A stretch of 63,290 nucleotides of DNA, the filler included, from Ministeria vibrans ATCC 50519 (lineage: Eukaryota; Protista; Filasterea), in assembly GCA_943704425.1 (NCBI GenBank). It is 5 parts of 5 records of this genome, joined end to end, with 100 filler letters (N's around TTAATTAATTAA, not from the genome) between each part and the next. Parts side by side here need not be neighbours in the genome. Positions count along the whole stretch, not along the records: positions 30,182 to 48,443 come from CALSCP010002478.1; positions 48,544 to 63,290 come from CALSCP010001762.1; 3 more parts are not named here. The stretch is one strand, 5' to 3'. The translations under genes and the position numbers were made by a program. Numbering within the stretch: position 1 is the stretch's first letter; each line of letters opens with the position of its first letter. Positions 41,970 through 56,134 of this stretch are shown here, one piece after another. The notes beneath the pieces are model-generated. The model saw only the letters and a list, made by a program, of their open reading frames with translations. It did no database searches and was not told the origin of the DNA.

Positions 41970-42266
41970 GCCGTGTTTGACGACGCTGTATTGTATCTTA
42001 ATGTATTATTGCTACTCTGCGCTGAGTTTGTTTATTTGTGAGACTGACAATTGATTTCACTGAGACCACTCATGCTCGCTGAGTCACTGACCAGTGTTTC
42101 AGAGGAGACTCATGAGAATGCTCTTGGATCAAAAGGAAAAATACAGTTATTATTATTTTAATTAATTGACCTTCTGTCGCAGAGTGTCGGGCATCGGGCA
42201 TCGCTTGACCCATTTCTACACGCCGAGCACCTTCCCTCGGCACCCTCCGTTTGGGCGTCAGTCGCC

Positions 42267-43477
42267 ATGCAGGGCCATCCCGCACACACTGCGCTTGCCG
42301 CTGTCAAACTGAAATATCCTCTCCTGTGGAAGCATCGTCAAAGTGGCACAGTGGCCGAGACCCGCCAGCTTCGACTTCGTCCAGTGAGCGACAGGGTCCA
42401 GAGAAAGGAGCAGCAGACAACGCGGGAGCAGCGTCGTTTGAAAGAGGTAGCTTTTCAAACTTGGCGCGTTGAACTCGCCTCACTCCGCTGCCTCTGTAGG
42501 ACCGACTCACCTCTGAGAATGTGCGGCGTCGGCGCTTCTTAGCAGTTGACAGGTGGCAGGAGGGGTCGGAGCTGGACGAGACGATCTTTGTGGAGACCAT
42601 TGAGCATTGCTATCTGACCTCCTGTCGTCTGCAGGCCATTCCGGATGCCGTCGGGCGTCTTCGTCTTCTAGTCCACCTCGATGTGTTTGACAACCGCATC
42701 ACAGAGTTGTCCGTGAGCCTTTGTCGAGCACTGGCGCATGCTCCACTGCGCACACTGCGTCTCGCGCACAATCATCTCACTCTGCTACCCAACGAAATTG
42801 CTCTACTCGACACACTTGAGGTAATCAAGGGTTGCACGATTGCCACCTTTCCCTCTCTTTCTCTCTTTCTCTCTTCTCTTGGTTTTTCTCCATAGATCCT
42901 TGACGTCGCTCACAACGATCTGGTAGCACTGCCGCACACTGTGGGTTCCCTCTCGCGACTTCTGTCTCTTGACGCATCGCAGAACCATCTGCGTACCCTT
43001 CCCCACGACCTCGACCGCCTCGTCTCGTTGCGCGCCCTAGATGTGTCGCGCAATCGCATCCGTGTGCTTCCGGACTCGCTGGGCGGTCTCTTGCAACTGC
43101 GTGTGCTTAACCTCAGCGACAACCGCCTCACCTGTGTGCCTCTGACAGTCTCCAGCTTGCAGCACTTGCGGTGCGTGCGTCTCCAAGGCAACCCTGGGCT
43201 GCCCCTTCACCAGTGGCCCTTCCGCCCTTCCGAGCCGCCTGTTGTGCGTCTCACTCGCACTGCCTTTGACACGGCCTTTGTCGACTCTGATGAAAGCGAC
43301 GAGAGCGACGAAGAGCCCTATGGTCTCTGGAGCGAGACCAACACTGCCTGCAGCAGCGCTGCGTCGCACTGCTCAGACTGCTCTCTCTGTCGCCGCCGCC
43401 GTCTTGGTCTGGAGCACCCAAGCGACTTTGACTCGCCCCTCTCAGACTGTCAATGTTCCCTCTGCAACGGCGAGTAA
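42267..43477 (+). CDS. Leucine-rich repeat protein
   Basis: About seven LxxLxLxxNxLxxLP repeats; acidic and Cys-rich tail; two introns. Confidence 0.85.
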
Positions 43478-43533
43478 ACCAAAATATGAGTAATATAATG
43501 TAAAATAAATATTTCACTTTTCACACACCATTA

Positions 43534-43575
<42 letters not shown>

Positions 43576-43660
43576 TTAATGTCACACAACAATAATAATC
43601 AAAATTAATTTATAAATCATAAACATTACGAGGAGTAAACAATTTATTTATTGCTTTATT

Positions 43661-44399
43661 ATGACTCGATTTGTTGCATCAGCTCTTCTCATTGTTGTGG
43701 CATTCGTTGCCTTGTCGGCCGCCGAGCTGGATGCGACGAGGTGTGTGTTATGAAAAAATGCTCGACAGCTCTCTGACAGATTGTGCGACAGCGAAGAACA
43801 CCTTGCCGAGCATGGACTCGATGACGAGTCGTACGACCACCGCAGCTTCTTCACGCAACACGTAAGAAGGGCACGGCATGCCTCGCAGCGCCGACACGTC
43901 GGCACCCACCCACTGCGACGCGCAAGTGCCGTCGCCCCGCACACTGCTGCTCTGCCGCCCCCGGACGAGCGCGTCTCTGCAGGCCCTTCCACCCTAACAT
44001 GCCGTTGTTTGCCTCCTCTGCACAGGACTTCAACAATGACCAGTTTCTCGACGGGGCTGAGCTCAAAGCCATGTTTATGCCGGTAAGAGCGCACGCACGG
44101 CACACCGCCCCTCCTGCGCCGGCTGACCGCCTGTGCCCTCCACTTCCAGCATGACGACGCCATGAAGCTGGACGAGCTGCCGGAGAACGAGCGGGAGGAC
44201 TACCATGCGCAGCTCAACGAGATGCTTGTGGAGGTGACGACTGACTGCTCTACACAACCAGTCATATTCATCGGTATTCTCTTGTCGATCTTCTTAGACT
44301 ATGCGTGAAATTGATGCTAATGGCGATGGAAAAATCAGCCTGGGCGAGTGGGAGTCGATCCCTGAGCCGTCCGCCGAGGATGACACACAAGACGAATAG
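43661..44399 (+). CDS. Secreted two-EF-hand protein (MCFD2/nucleobindin/Ssp120-like)
   Basis: Signal peptide; YDHRSFFTQH|DFNNDQFLDGAEL; MREIDANGDGKISLGEW; four introns. Confidence 0.8.
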
Positions 44400-44562
44400 T
44401 CTTTTCCTCCTTTCATCGCGAAAAAAAAAGACAAATTCCGAATAAAATCAATTCCTTCAAGACGTTTGTTTCATTTCATCTGATCATCTCGCTTGACATT
44501 TCATTCTCATTCATTCTTAGTCTCTCTCTTTCTCTTTCTCTCTCTCTCACACACATACTAAA

Positions 44563-46303
44563 ATGACGGACAAGCCTACTTCGGAGATGTCCAAGATGCA
44601 CCGGCTGTCGTGGGGCATGACACTGAGCAAAAAGAACAACCTGCCGTGGGCTGCTGCCCGAGGCTACCTGAAAACACTGCTCTGGTACCATCCGCCGCCC
44701 CTGTGCTGCAGCGACCCCATCCCATGTTGCCTCGTGGCCCTTGCGTCGCCCATCCATTGCCCCTTTTCCCTCTCCGACTGTCTGTTTTGGTTTTTTTTTT
44801 TTTCCTGTTTGTTGTTGCCGCCGCCTCCACCGTCCACGAGCCACGCTGCGGGATACACCCCGTCCGCACGGCCTTAAAGGGCGGTGTGTATTGCATTGCC
44901 GCTGCGTGCGTGCGCTGGAGCAAGACGGCGTGTGCGAACCAGTCGCATTTGCGATGGCCAAACCCAAAGTCAGACTCCTTCGTCATCTTGCTGCTCCACT
45001 GTCCGACTCCCCTTGCCAACCGACCGACGCATCTCTTGTTGAGAGCCCTCCGTGGCCCCTCCTGCTCCGTCCTACTCCCCACATTCTTTTTTCTTTTTTT
45101 TTTTCTTTTTTTTTTTTTTTTTTGCCTCGCAATAATCATAGGAAATGACTGTCTACTTTTTCTCGAAAATAATAATAATAATGTTGTTTCTTTCCACGGC
45201 TACAGCTACAGCTCTGTTGCAACACGGTGCCGACCCGAACGTGCGCAACAAGTACAATTTGTCTGCGCTCGACATTGCCATTGCCAATCAGTTTGTCGAC
45301 CTGACGCGCGATCTACTCAAGGTGAAGAAGACAAGGAAAGAGAGGGCTTTTTTTGCGTTTGCTCATCAATCAGTTTTTTTTTTATGGTGTGTAGGCTGGC
45401 GCCAAGACAGACTACGTAGACAACTACGGAGCGACGGTGCTCCTGAATGCAGTATTCATTGGCAACCCCAAGATAGTAGCGCTTCTGCTCAAGCACGGCT
45501 GTGACCCTGTGCCCACCAACAACGACGGACAGGTATGTGCGGGGGAAGGGTACAGTAGCTATTGTTAGGAATAGTAGTAACACCTGTACGAACACATGGG
45601 TGTGTGTGTAGTCTTGTTTGCGGTATGCAGTGGAGTCGGGCCACGGTGAGATTGTAGTGATGCTGCTCAAGAGCGGACTGGGCAAGGAGGAGATTCAGAA
45701 GAACGACTCGGAGGGTCGTGATGCTATTGGTAACGCGCAAGTTGCACGCCAGTGGGCAATGTGAGTTGATGATTGATAATGAAACTGTAGATGTGGCGGT
45801 GGAGAACAAGAGGATGAAGATTGGCAAGGTGCTGGAGCGAGTGGCGGGCGTGGACCCGTCCAAGTCGCGCTTTGGCGATGCTGAGACGGCCAACGAGGCA
45901 GGCAAGGATTTGACTCTGGACGAGACGCCCGCTGTAAGCGAGGAGACAGCCAAGCTGCAGCGTCGCCAGTCGTCCTTTGTCATCTTTCAGAAGCTGTTGG
46001 ATGTGTACAAGATTGGAAAGGACGTCAAGAACATCACTGAGGAGGAGCTGAAGAAGATGGGAGTCAAGCCGGCGCACATTCCCCGCGTACACACATTGTT
46101 TCATTGTCCATTGTTTATATCAACTCAAACATGTGTTTTTTTTTTTTTCCTTTGTGTAGTTGATGGAGGCAGTGCGACTGCAAACGTCGCGCTCCAATGC
46201 CAAGGAGGGCAAGAAGGAGAGGCCCATTGAGGAGCAGGACGAGAGTGCCCTCGCGCAACTCAAGGCCGCCAAGGACTCCGACTCCGCCGGTGGTTCCGAG
46301 TAG
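44563..46303 (+). CDS. Ankyrin-repeat protein with C-terminal SAM-like segment
   Basis: LPWAAARGY, LLQHGADPNVRNKYNLSALDIA, CLRYAVESGHGEIV; ITEEELKKMGVKPAHIPR|LMEA. Confidence 0.8.
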
Positions 46304-46460
46304 AGCTCGCAATAATACTAATAATAATGAAAAAGGAACAAGTTTCAGCGAAATCATGAACTATTATTCATCAATATTCAAAATAAAATTAATTAAATTA
46401 TTTCTTTTTTTCCTCCTCCTTCTTCTCCCTTTCGCACACACCTTCCTAAACAGAGTCTGC

Positions 46461-48300
46461 ATGTCGAACCTCATTGCGGCGCTGACGCAGGCGGTCTCGC
46501 AGGATGGCTCGCAAGTGCATCAGGGACAGCGCACCCTGGCGGCCCTCGAGTTAAGCATGCCCGGCTACCATCGCGACCTGGTTCGCATCTACAGCGATGT
46601 TGCCAATGTGCCCCTCGAGGTGCGCTTTATGGCCCTCATTTGCGCCAAGAACGGTGTGGATCGTTTTTGGCGAAGCACGGCGACCAACGCCATCTCGGAA
46701 GAGGACAAATCCGCCATACGCCAGGCGCTGCTCAGCACCCAGACTCTCTCCGAGGAAGTCAATCAGCTGGCGACCCAAGTCGCCGTGATCCTCAGCAAAA
46801 TTGCGCGGCTCGACTTTCCGGCTCGCTGGCCCGAACTCGTGCCGTCGCTCATTGGCGCCCTCTCGTCGACCGAAGAACTTCTTGTGCGCCGCCGCCTCCT
46901 CCAAATTCTCCACCATGTCACAAAGGCGCTCTCCAGCAAGCGTTTGCCGGGAGATCGAAGAGTACGACCGCGAGAATGATGAAAAGTGCAGGGCCATAGT
47001 CGACAACTCACTTACACTTGTTCTGCCCCTTTTACAGGCATTTCGATCGCTGTGCGACAGCATGATGCCCCACGTATGGCAACTACTGACAACGCATGTG
47101 GGTCTCATGCAACAGATTGTGGCGTCAGGCGATCTGGACGCAGCCTATCCCTGTTGCGAACTGTCCATTCTGTGCGTGAAAATTGCCCGGCTCGTTGTTG
47201 TTCATGGACTCGCCGACATTGGCGCCACCACCGAGTCCATGTCGTTTGCCGCGGAGCTGCCTGAAGTGTGCACGTCGCTGCTGTCAACGTTGCGATCCGT
47301 CGACAACAGCTCGGTGTTTGGCGAGGCACTCGCGCGCCTCTGTGCACGTCTCGTCAAAGGTGCAGTGGAGATGCAGGCGCGCCATCCGCTATCGATGCAG
47401 CCTGTCCTTGACCGCTACCTCTCGTTTACGCTGGGTCTTGTGTGTGCCGACGACGCGCAGCGTCTGCCGCGCAAAGTGCTCATCTTTGCACTGACCTTTG
47501 TCAAGAATGTTGTCACGTGCAACGAGTACATGCCATTGCACTTTGAGAGTCTGGCGGGCACTCCGGAAATGCGGGAACTGTCGTTGGGTGGCCACCAGGT
47601 GGTGCGACAGTACTTTATTGATGGGGCGGGTGCGTCGCGGCTCGTGCACACGCTCGTGACGCGCTTCTTTGTGGTAGACGACAGTGCCCTGGCGGACTGG
47701 GCGGGCGATCCCGAGGCGTACGCCAACGACGAGGACGTCGTTGAGGCGTGGCGGTTTCGCGTGCGACCCTGTGCCGAAGCTCTTTTCATGGCGCTCATGT
47801 CGCAGTATCGCGAGCAGCTAGCACCTGTTGTTATGGAGATGCTCAGTGGTGTGCAAAGTGCCGATGCGGCTTTGGCAGCGGCCGGTGGGCCTGCGCAGGC
47901 AACGCCCGACGCCCTCTTGTCACACTACCGTGCCAAGGAGGCCGTCTACAATGCGATTGGGACGGGTGCGTACGATTTGTACGATGCCCTTGACTTTGCC
48001 TCGTGGTTCGAAAGTACTCTTTGCCCTGAACTGCGAATCCTAGACGCCTCGTTTGCGCTTGTGCGACGGCGCATTGTTGTCGTGCTCGCCTTCTGGGTGG
48101 GCGTCAAACTGCCGGTTGAGCAGCGGCCCGTGCTGTACGAGGTGCTTTTGGTTGTCCTTGAGCACGACCCGGACCTGGTCGTCCGTATCGAGGCGGCCAA
48201 GGCTCTGCGCTGCGCCATCGACGACATGGATTTCCGCGCCTTTGAGTTCCAGCCTTTTCTCACTCGCTCTGTCCAGGCGCTCTACAATTTGGTTGTCAGT
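46461..48300 (+). CDS. IPO11: Importin-11 (karyopherin beta), 3' truncated by scaffold end
   Basis: KNGVDRFWR, KIARLDFPARWPEL, KALSSKRL, RPCAEALF, KEAVYNAIG, DLVVRI..AIDDMDF. Confidence 0.9.
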
Positions 48301-48339
48301 GTAAGTCAATGAGAGAAGAGGAGGGAGAAAGAAGCAAAG

Positions 48340-48443
<104 letters not shown>

Positions 48444-48625
48444 NNNNNNNNNNNNNNNNNNNNNNNNNNNNNNNNNNNNNNNNNNNNTTAATTAATTAAN
48501 NNNNNNNNNNNNNNNNNNNNNNNNNNNNNNNNNNNNNNNNNNNGGTAAGCTTATAATTAAGCCCCACGTGCATTTCTGTCACACTTTGCTGTGTCATAAC
48601 AATCATCTCCCTCTCAATTTTGCAG

Positions 48626-48869
48626 TGCATTTGCCAAGGGCATGAATCGCACGTTCTCGGTGACGTACGATGCCGAGACTGAGTCTCTCAAGGTTCACAA
48701 AGTGTGAATATTGGAGTTTGACGCCGAGAGAGAGAAAGTGAGAGAGGGAGAGAAGTCACTGATTAAAAACAAACAAAACGGTATTAATAGGAAAGAACTG
48801 GCGAGAAAGTTGCTATATACATAGCTTTTACCGTGGAGCAAGTCGTTGGTGCAGTGCACTTTGGGGTAA
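48626..48869 (+). CDS. Probable C-terminal exons of an aromatic amino acid (Phe) hydroxylase
   Basis: Short exon AFAKGMNRTFSVTYDAETESLK resembles the PAH/TH/TPH RPFSVRYDPYTQ segment; only ~35 aa visible. Confidence 0.5.
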
Positions 48870-49133
48870 GTCGACCTAGAAGTCCGCGTGCGGCAGAGCC
48901 TGCTAGGCGATCGAACCACTTGACGTAGAACGAATGATCGAGACGCGATTGTGATCGACGCGCAATATTTATTCGTCGTTAAGGACCGGCAGTAGCAATG
49001 TTGGAAGAGACTCCATTGTGTAACACCCAGCCGCCGGGTTGACCATGGTGCACGTGAGCACAGTCGACACGGCAGCTCTGGCTCGGCGCACAGACTATAT
49101 ATTCTCCATGTATTTTCTTTGCATAATTTTGTT

Positions 49134-51356
49134 TTAATCTACAATGTGTTTGAGAGAGACGGGTACAGCTTGTTGGGATTTGAGGGAGTATGTGGCAGCT
49201 TGCATGGCAATGGGAATGGCATCAAACAGTTTCGATCCTGTGGCCAGACGACCGAAGAGTGTGCCGGCGAGCGAATCACCAGCGCCGTTGACACTGACAG
49301 GGTGCTCAACAATTTCGCGGGGTGCAAAGTAGCGGATGGTACTCGAGTCAGGGTCACGTGCAAGTACACCCAGTTCGCCGAGTGTTACCACAAGAGCGGG
49401 AATACGTGTGGCAACAGCAGCCATCTGCGGGAGAAGCACATCGAGCGAGAGGAGTGGATCCTGCACAATAGGATACGCATCGCCCTGTACCAACTGTGAC
49501 TGCGTGTCCCCTTTATGCTCCCCACCGCCGGCACAACACTCCTCGGCCATCGCCCTGAGCTCGTGTTCATTGGGAGTGGCGCAGTAGATGCGTGTGGTCA
49601 GGGCGAGTGTAGCAATGGCAGTCGCCTTGACAACCGACGTGGGCTCCACACACACGCGTATTCGGCTCTCATTGCACCGCTCAATCAGTGTCTAAACAAC
49701 CGTTCAGTGTCATTTAAAAAGAAAGAAAAAAAAGCAGGCAAAAACAAAAAATGAAAAGAGTCCTACTTTGAGAGTGGCAGGGGGAAAGTTGGCATCAAAA
49801 CAGGCGAGACGAGTCCCTTTGATAGCGCTCCACAGCCGGTCGAGAGTATCGGACGATGGTTCAGTTGCACTTACTCCCCCGTCAAACCCACCAGTGACCA
49901 GATCACCCTGTACACAATAAACATGAGAGAATGAACCAGAAGAGGCATTCTTACGTTTGCATCGAGGAATGCGATGAAGCGCGTGGACGAAGTACTCTCT
50001 GTGCTTTGCTCATTTGACGGCTGACAAAGATGGGATGTGCTGAGTCCACGCGAGTGCAGTTCGGACTGGATTGTCTTGGCAGTATCGTCACAGCCAATGC
50101 GAGAGACAAGACGAGTGCACTATGAGAAAATAAGCAGGGAGTATGAAGGAGGAAGTAGCTGTTTTTTTTTGTTTGTTTTTAGCACGTACGACTGTAGAGG
50201 CAGTGGAGTAATGGAGGGCAGTTGCGACGTTGCAGGCAACACCGCCCAACGAGTGTGAAATGGTGCTTGGGACTGTCGTGTGTAGCAGGTGCGGTTCGGT
50301 AAAGGGTGACTGGGCGTGCACAAGCGTATCGAGGGCCGTTGCGCCCACGACGGCCACGTCAACGTGATGACCCGGCGGTGTTGTGGAAGCGACCTTGGAT
50401 CGGAGTTGGTTAAGATGAACGCTGATTTGTGCAGCAGTGCGTGCGTTGTTGAGGGCGAGGGCAACGTTGGCGCGCAGCGAGGCACCTTCGGTCAGCGCAC
50501 TCACTCGCTTGAGGATGTAGGGTGTCACCGCCTGGCCCGTTACTTTGTCGCGCTCCGCCTCGGTGAGTGCCTGCTGAATAACCGCCTCGATGGCGGCTGC
50601 GTCTGCGGCAATGTTGCTTGGGATAGGATTGGCAATGACAATGCCTGTGAGCAGACGATGCGTGTCGAATTGGTGAGCAACGAGCGCGGCACAGTCGGCG
50701 ACGGACGCGAGCGAGAGGGGCGACGGGTGACCGCTGTCGCGTGCAAAGAAGGCTGGAAACTGTGCGCTGCCCAGGGTTGCCACTGGCACGCCCTGCGTCT
50801 CGAGGTACTCAAGCGTACGCGCAATGTCCAGGATGCTTTTGACGCCCGAACAGACGACGGCGACGGGAGTACGGCCCAGCTCAACAAGATCCGCACTCAC
50901 GTCCATGGTCGTTTCGCCGTGGCGGTGCACTCCGCCGATGCCGCCCGTGGCGAACACATCGATGCCACACTCGTGAGCCACCTGCATCGTCGCCGACACT
51001 GTCGTGGCGCCTGTGAGGCGCTGGCTGGTCACATAGGCAAGATCGCGACGCGACGTCTTGATCGCACTAGCGGCGCCCTCGCGCGCCAGCGTCTGCAGGC
51101 TGGCGTCGTCGAGGCCCACGTGAACGCGCCCGTCCAAGACGGCAATGGTCGCGGGCACGGCGCCCGCCCCGCGCACCTCCTGCTCCATGCCCAGCGCCGT
51201 CTCGTAGTTGGTGGGCCACGGCATGCCATGCGCCACAATCGTCGATTCAAGCGCAACCACGGGCCGCCGCGACGCAAACGCCTCCGCCACCTCCGCAGAC
51301 AGCGCATACCGACTTGATGTGGCCGCGGCAACGGACGACAAGCAACGTCGAATCAT
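49134..51356 (-). CDS. Bifunctional pseudouridine-5'-phosphate glycosidase (PsuG) + pseudouridine kinase (PfkB)
   Basis: VALESTIVAHGMP, GATTVSATM, FATGGIGGVHR, VKSILDI; then GGVACNVA, VEPTSVVKA, PNEHEL, SVNGAGDSL. Confidence 0.95.
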
Positions 51357-51604
51357 TGGGAAATAAATACAAAAAAGTTTATTATTATGTGAATAATTTA
51401 TGAATAATTATTCTCTATTATTGTATTTTTCTTAATACAATCATTATTTATCATCGACTTTTCTTCTGTGACATCTTCTCTGAGTAATGAGTAGTCTGCC
51501 TGACATCTTCATTCACCTGACTATTCATTGTTCACTTTCACGCATTGTCGATACATTACAATCATATATTTTGCATTATTACTTCCAATGATATCCTTCT
51601 TTTC

Positions 51605-52004
51605 TCACTTCTTACGACCTTTGCCCTTGTCGCCCTTTTGCGCTTCGTTCCGCTTCGCCTCCGTCTCCACCGCAATAATCTTTACGGCGTCCACATGGAC
51701 AGTCTCTTCGTTGACACCCATCGTAGCATCTTTGACCACAAATTGCCAAATACCATCAATCAGGTTGTACGTGTGCAGTTTGCCCTATGCAACAAAGAAG
51801 ACGTATTATTTTCCGTGATGTTGTCAAGCAAAAAAAAACAGTGAGACAGAGATAGAGTGATAGAGAGAGAGAGAACACACAAAGTGATAGTGAGAGAACA
51901 AAAGTGAACGAGAGAGAGAGAACACACACAGTGATAGTGAGAGAACAAAAGTGAAAGAGAGAGAACAAAAGTGAACGAGAGAGAGAGAGAGAACAATTAA
52001 AATG

Positions 52005-52101
<97 letters not shown>

Positions 52102-52693
52102 ATACAAAAGTGAATAAGAGAGAGAGAGAACACACACAGTGATGTGAGAGAACAAAGTGAAAGAGAGAGAGCAAAAGTGAACGAGAGAGAGAGAGAGAAC
52201 AATTAAAATGAAACAGAGAGAGAGAGAGAGCATACAAAAGTGAATAAGAGAGAGAGAGAGAACACACAAGGTGATAGAGAGACAACACACCAAGTGAGAA
52301 CATGTCCTAATCGCTGTGGGTCACCTTGATTGTGGCATCTTGCGACACTGCCTTCTGCAACTGACGCGTCGCAGCCTTGTCATAGTGCTGCAGGACAGTA
52401 GCAGCAAGATCCGGGGGGATCTGTCTTCTCTCAGTCATCTCATCGAGAGCATCGAGCAACGAACTGGCGACGACATTTGAGAATGAGACAAAACGGAAAA
52501 AAACTGTCAGGGAGAGACAGAGAGAGAGAAAGAGAGGGATGGAGGGGGTTGCGAGAACAAAAGAGCGTCTGTAGAGCCTGTCAAGGAGGGCGTGGGCGAG
52601 CAGGGGCGGCGCGCAGGCCGATGGGAACACCAAACGCAAGTCGAACCTGCCAATGGCTGATTTTCTGTAGATTTGCGTGGTAAACTCGGCCAT
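51605..52693 (-). CDS. GTF2A2: Transcription initiation factor IIA gamma subunit
   Basis: QIYRKSAIG|SSLLDALDEM..VLQHYDKA..K|GKLHTYNLIDGIWQFVVKD..VKIIAVE; 3 exons. Confidence 0.92.
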
Positions 52694-54177
52694 GTCCAGT
52701 CGTGTATGAATCAACTAATAGAGGTGGGCCGGGTGACTCGGTAAAATCAAGATGCGATGGAAAAATAATACTGATTAGATTTTAGAAAATTTTTCTCATT
52801 ATTCATTTTTGAAATTTCAATCAAAATGGAAATAAACAAAGCAGCGGCCCCTGAGTGATTTACATCTCACTCACGCATTGATTGGGCTGCGGGCGGACTG
52901 ACCGGCGCAGTGAGCTTAAAGCGCGGGTGGTGTGAGTTGTACGATTGGCACAATAAGTCAGTGACTGATCTCACTCGTTACTCGTCAGTCGACGCCGGAC
53001 ACTAACACGTGGAACGCGACATAATGGGTGACTGATCAGTGGCTACTGCCTTGCAAGCGGCAACGTGTTGGCTGAACGAGAGTTGACCTCTTTTAGATTT
53101 ACGATTTGACTTTGATGAATAAGCGAACTTGATTCTGCCGACTCTCCCATGGCCCCAGCGCGAATCGCACAACTTGCGCTGTAGAAGCCTTGCATAGCAT
53201 ATTCTTTACTCATTCCCATGCTTTTATGAAACATTTTACATATAAAATTTGGTGTTAGCTCACAAAAAGAAAAATCGGCGCCTCAAAAATAAGCGAGATT
53301 TCTTTTGTCTTAATTACAGTATGGCAGAATGTCACACAAAAACAAACGATCTTCACACACAAAAGCATACTATGCGATAGAAATCTATGCGGCTAGTGCC
53401 TACGCCTTGCTGCCTAGTACTACACGTCCAGGGAGCGCAGGCCTCTGGGAATGAAAGTGCGATTTCTCCCTTGTTTGTGTGTTTGTGGGAGTTGACTTAT
53501 TTCGTACATGTCAGCACAGTCATAATGGACAAGCGTCGTCTGGCATAGGCCATAGGAGTAGCTCATGATTAAGAATGATATTGATTTGTACTTGATTAAT
53601 GATGGATTGACGAATCGTTCCTGTCAATATTATAATAAATAATTCGTCAAGATCGATTGATTCGTTTCGTTTTCATTATGAATTCCGTGAAACTCTTCTG
53701 AAAAGACATTTGAGTACGACGGCGCACTAAAAACACAACTGTTACAAATCAACTAACAAAGTGTACATCTATCCAGAGCAACCTTGACGTTTGGACTCAC
53801 AACTGACAATAATTGGAGTCTCAATAAAAAATCGCAGTTCTGACTTTTAGGTCGGGTTAGGTCCTTAATCAATAATCATCTCACTAATGAGCAACTCATT
53901 GTTGACTACGCCCTACGGAATAATCAGCATTACAGCAATTACAACTCGGCGTTATTTGTAGTCGTATGTGAGTTGTGACATATTTAAAGAAAGTACTAGA
54001 AGTTTATTGATTTTTGTGTGATATTTTGTCATTGTGTCATTAATAATTATTACTCAATTACTCATCTCATTGATCACACTTTTTTGTTCATTTATTCATC
54101 CAATAATCAAATTATTTTCCACCCCTCTCCGACTTTGTCGTGACCAACCCGCCTCGCTGACTACGGTGCACTACACG

Positions 54178-55560
54178 ATGGCGTCGTCGCCGTCGACGAG
54201 CTCTTCCCCCTCGCCCGTTGAGTCTCCACCAATCGTTCGCACTGCCCCTCCACCGCCTCTCTCAAGCGCCCCCAAGCGGCCCCAGGTGTCCTTTGCCGAC
54301 TGCAAAGGGCTCACGCTGTGCCACCGACAGGTATTGCGCTCGTGCGAGTCCTCTCCGTTTACTTTCTCGCACATCACGCTTTGTCTGACTGCCAAATCAC
54401 GCACCGGCCCCCTGGCGCCTCCCCAGCCTCGCTCGCCTCGCGAACCCCCCTGGTGTGCCGTCTCATGCGACATGATGTTGCAGTCGCTCTTTGAACTCGC
54501 GCTTGAGGGTTGGAATCGTCGAGACATGACTTTTTTGGGGTTGTTGACTTGCAACGTCGGAAGTTATCCTCTCATGTGTTGCCGCTGTGTCCCACTGCAC
54601 TCCCGCTGCACGGCTGTCGGGTGTCCACATCCGTTCTATTGTCTCAGACGTGTGCTTCGGCGGCTCTTAGCTTGCGCTGCTCAAGTGCGATACTTTTTTT
54701 TTTTTTACCACACACACAATATCCGAAAGTGCACTTTTTTGGGTGGCACAATTTCCCTCCCTCTCCGCTTTCTTCGCACCGCTCTTCACCACGTGCACGT
54801 GCACCTGTTATATACCTGACGGCATGTCGTGATTTTGTGTTTGTTTGTCGCAAAGGAGTACGATCCGGCGGTTGAGCCGATCATGATCAGTATGGGCGCA
54901 TTGCGTGCCAAGGAGCTGCCAACTCGCAAGTTTCTTGCGCCGCTCTTTAAGCAGCCGGCGCTCTCGCCACTCTTTGCCAAGACGCTTGCTACAACGGGAG
55001 TTGCACTGGAAAACATTGTGGCGGACGCACGTACGATTGTGGGCACAGTGTTGGTGCAGAACCTGTCGTTTGAGAAGAACGTCTTTGTGCGCTATACCGT
55101 CGACAATTGGGCGTCGTCGACCGACGTGCCCTGCTCTTATGCATGCTCACAGCGACATGCCACAGTTGATCGATTCAGCTTCACCCTGACGGTCGCGGAC
55201 ACGACGACGCCAGGCAAGACAATCGCCTTTGCCGTCTGCTACAGACTGCCGTCGGGCGAGGAGCACTGGGACAACCAGCACGGCCGCAACTACCAAATCT
55301 CCTGCTTTTCCAGCCAAGTGTTCCTTGACAAGGTCAGCGAAGAACAGTCGCGACGCGACTCCAACCCTTTCGCGCCCACTCCTCTCCTCGGTGCTCTTGT
55401 GCGTCGCCACTCGTGTCCCACCCGCGCTCCCATGCGCGGCTGCATCCGCCCAGCCTCGGTCACCTCCACCGACACGGCTACTGCGACCACAGCCACAACC
55501 ACAGCAGCTCCATCCGGCTCTTCCTCAGACTCGACCCTACGCGCACTGGCGGTCGCATAG
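54178..55560 (+). CDS. PP1 glycogen-targeting regulatory subunit (PPP1R3-like, CBM21)
   Basis: QVSFADCKGLTL PP1-docking motif; VALEN, GTVLVQNLSFEKNVFVRYT, DRFSF, FAVCY, WDNQHGRNY. Confidence 0.92.
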
Positions 55561-56134
55561 GATTACGCGTCGGACTCGACTGACCACCATGCACACCAAC
55601 AAGAACAGCAGCAGAAGATACCCTTCTCTTCACATAATACCCACACCCCCACCACCACCACCACCACTACCACCACACGTCCACCGCCCAACCTCTTTGC
55701 CGACTATGTCGACCATCTCTCCTTCCACTACTGACCGACCTGCTATTCTCCTGTGTGCGTGTTGTCGATGTCCGACACCCCAACAGAAACCCCCCCTGCA
55801 TTGTACACTTGTTTTGTATAAATACACTCCTTGCATGCAATTCCATCTTAAAAATGAGAAGAGCGGAGCTGTCAGACGTATCAGTCGCTCAATAATATAG
55901 AAATGGTCAAAATATAGTTTTTATATTATTTTAACTAATAGGAAAATAGAGAATCGAGAGCTGTACTCAATGTCAAAACAACACAATATAGAAACCAAAG
56001 AGCAGCACAATACTTCCGCCGTAGACTTCAAGACGAGAAATTATTTACGTCTCACTACTCTGAGTACTCTCAAGTCTTATTCACTTATTCTACTTTTTAC
56101 TCATTTTAGTTTTAGTTTTTTCTTCATTGTAAAT

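Noticed and set aside
49134-51356. PsuG-PsuK fusion as a novelty
   Set aside because: The fused form is already known in many eukaryotes.
52700-54170. 1.5-kb intergenic region checked for tRNA/snRNA genes
   Set aside because: No cloverleaf, A/B boxes or recognisable snRNA by eye; likely a divergent promoter region.
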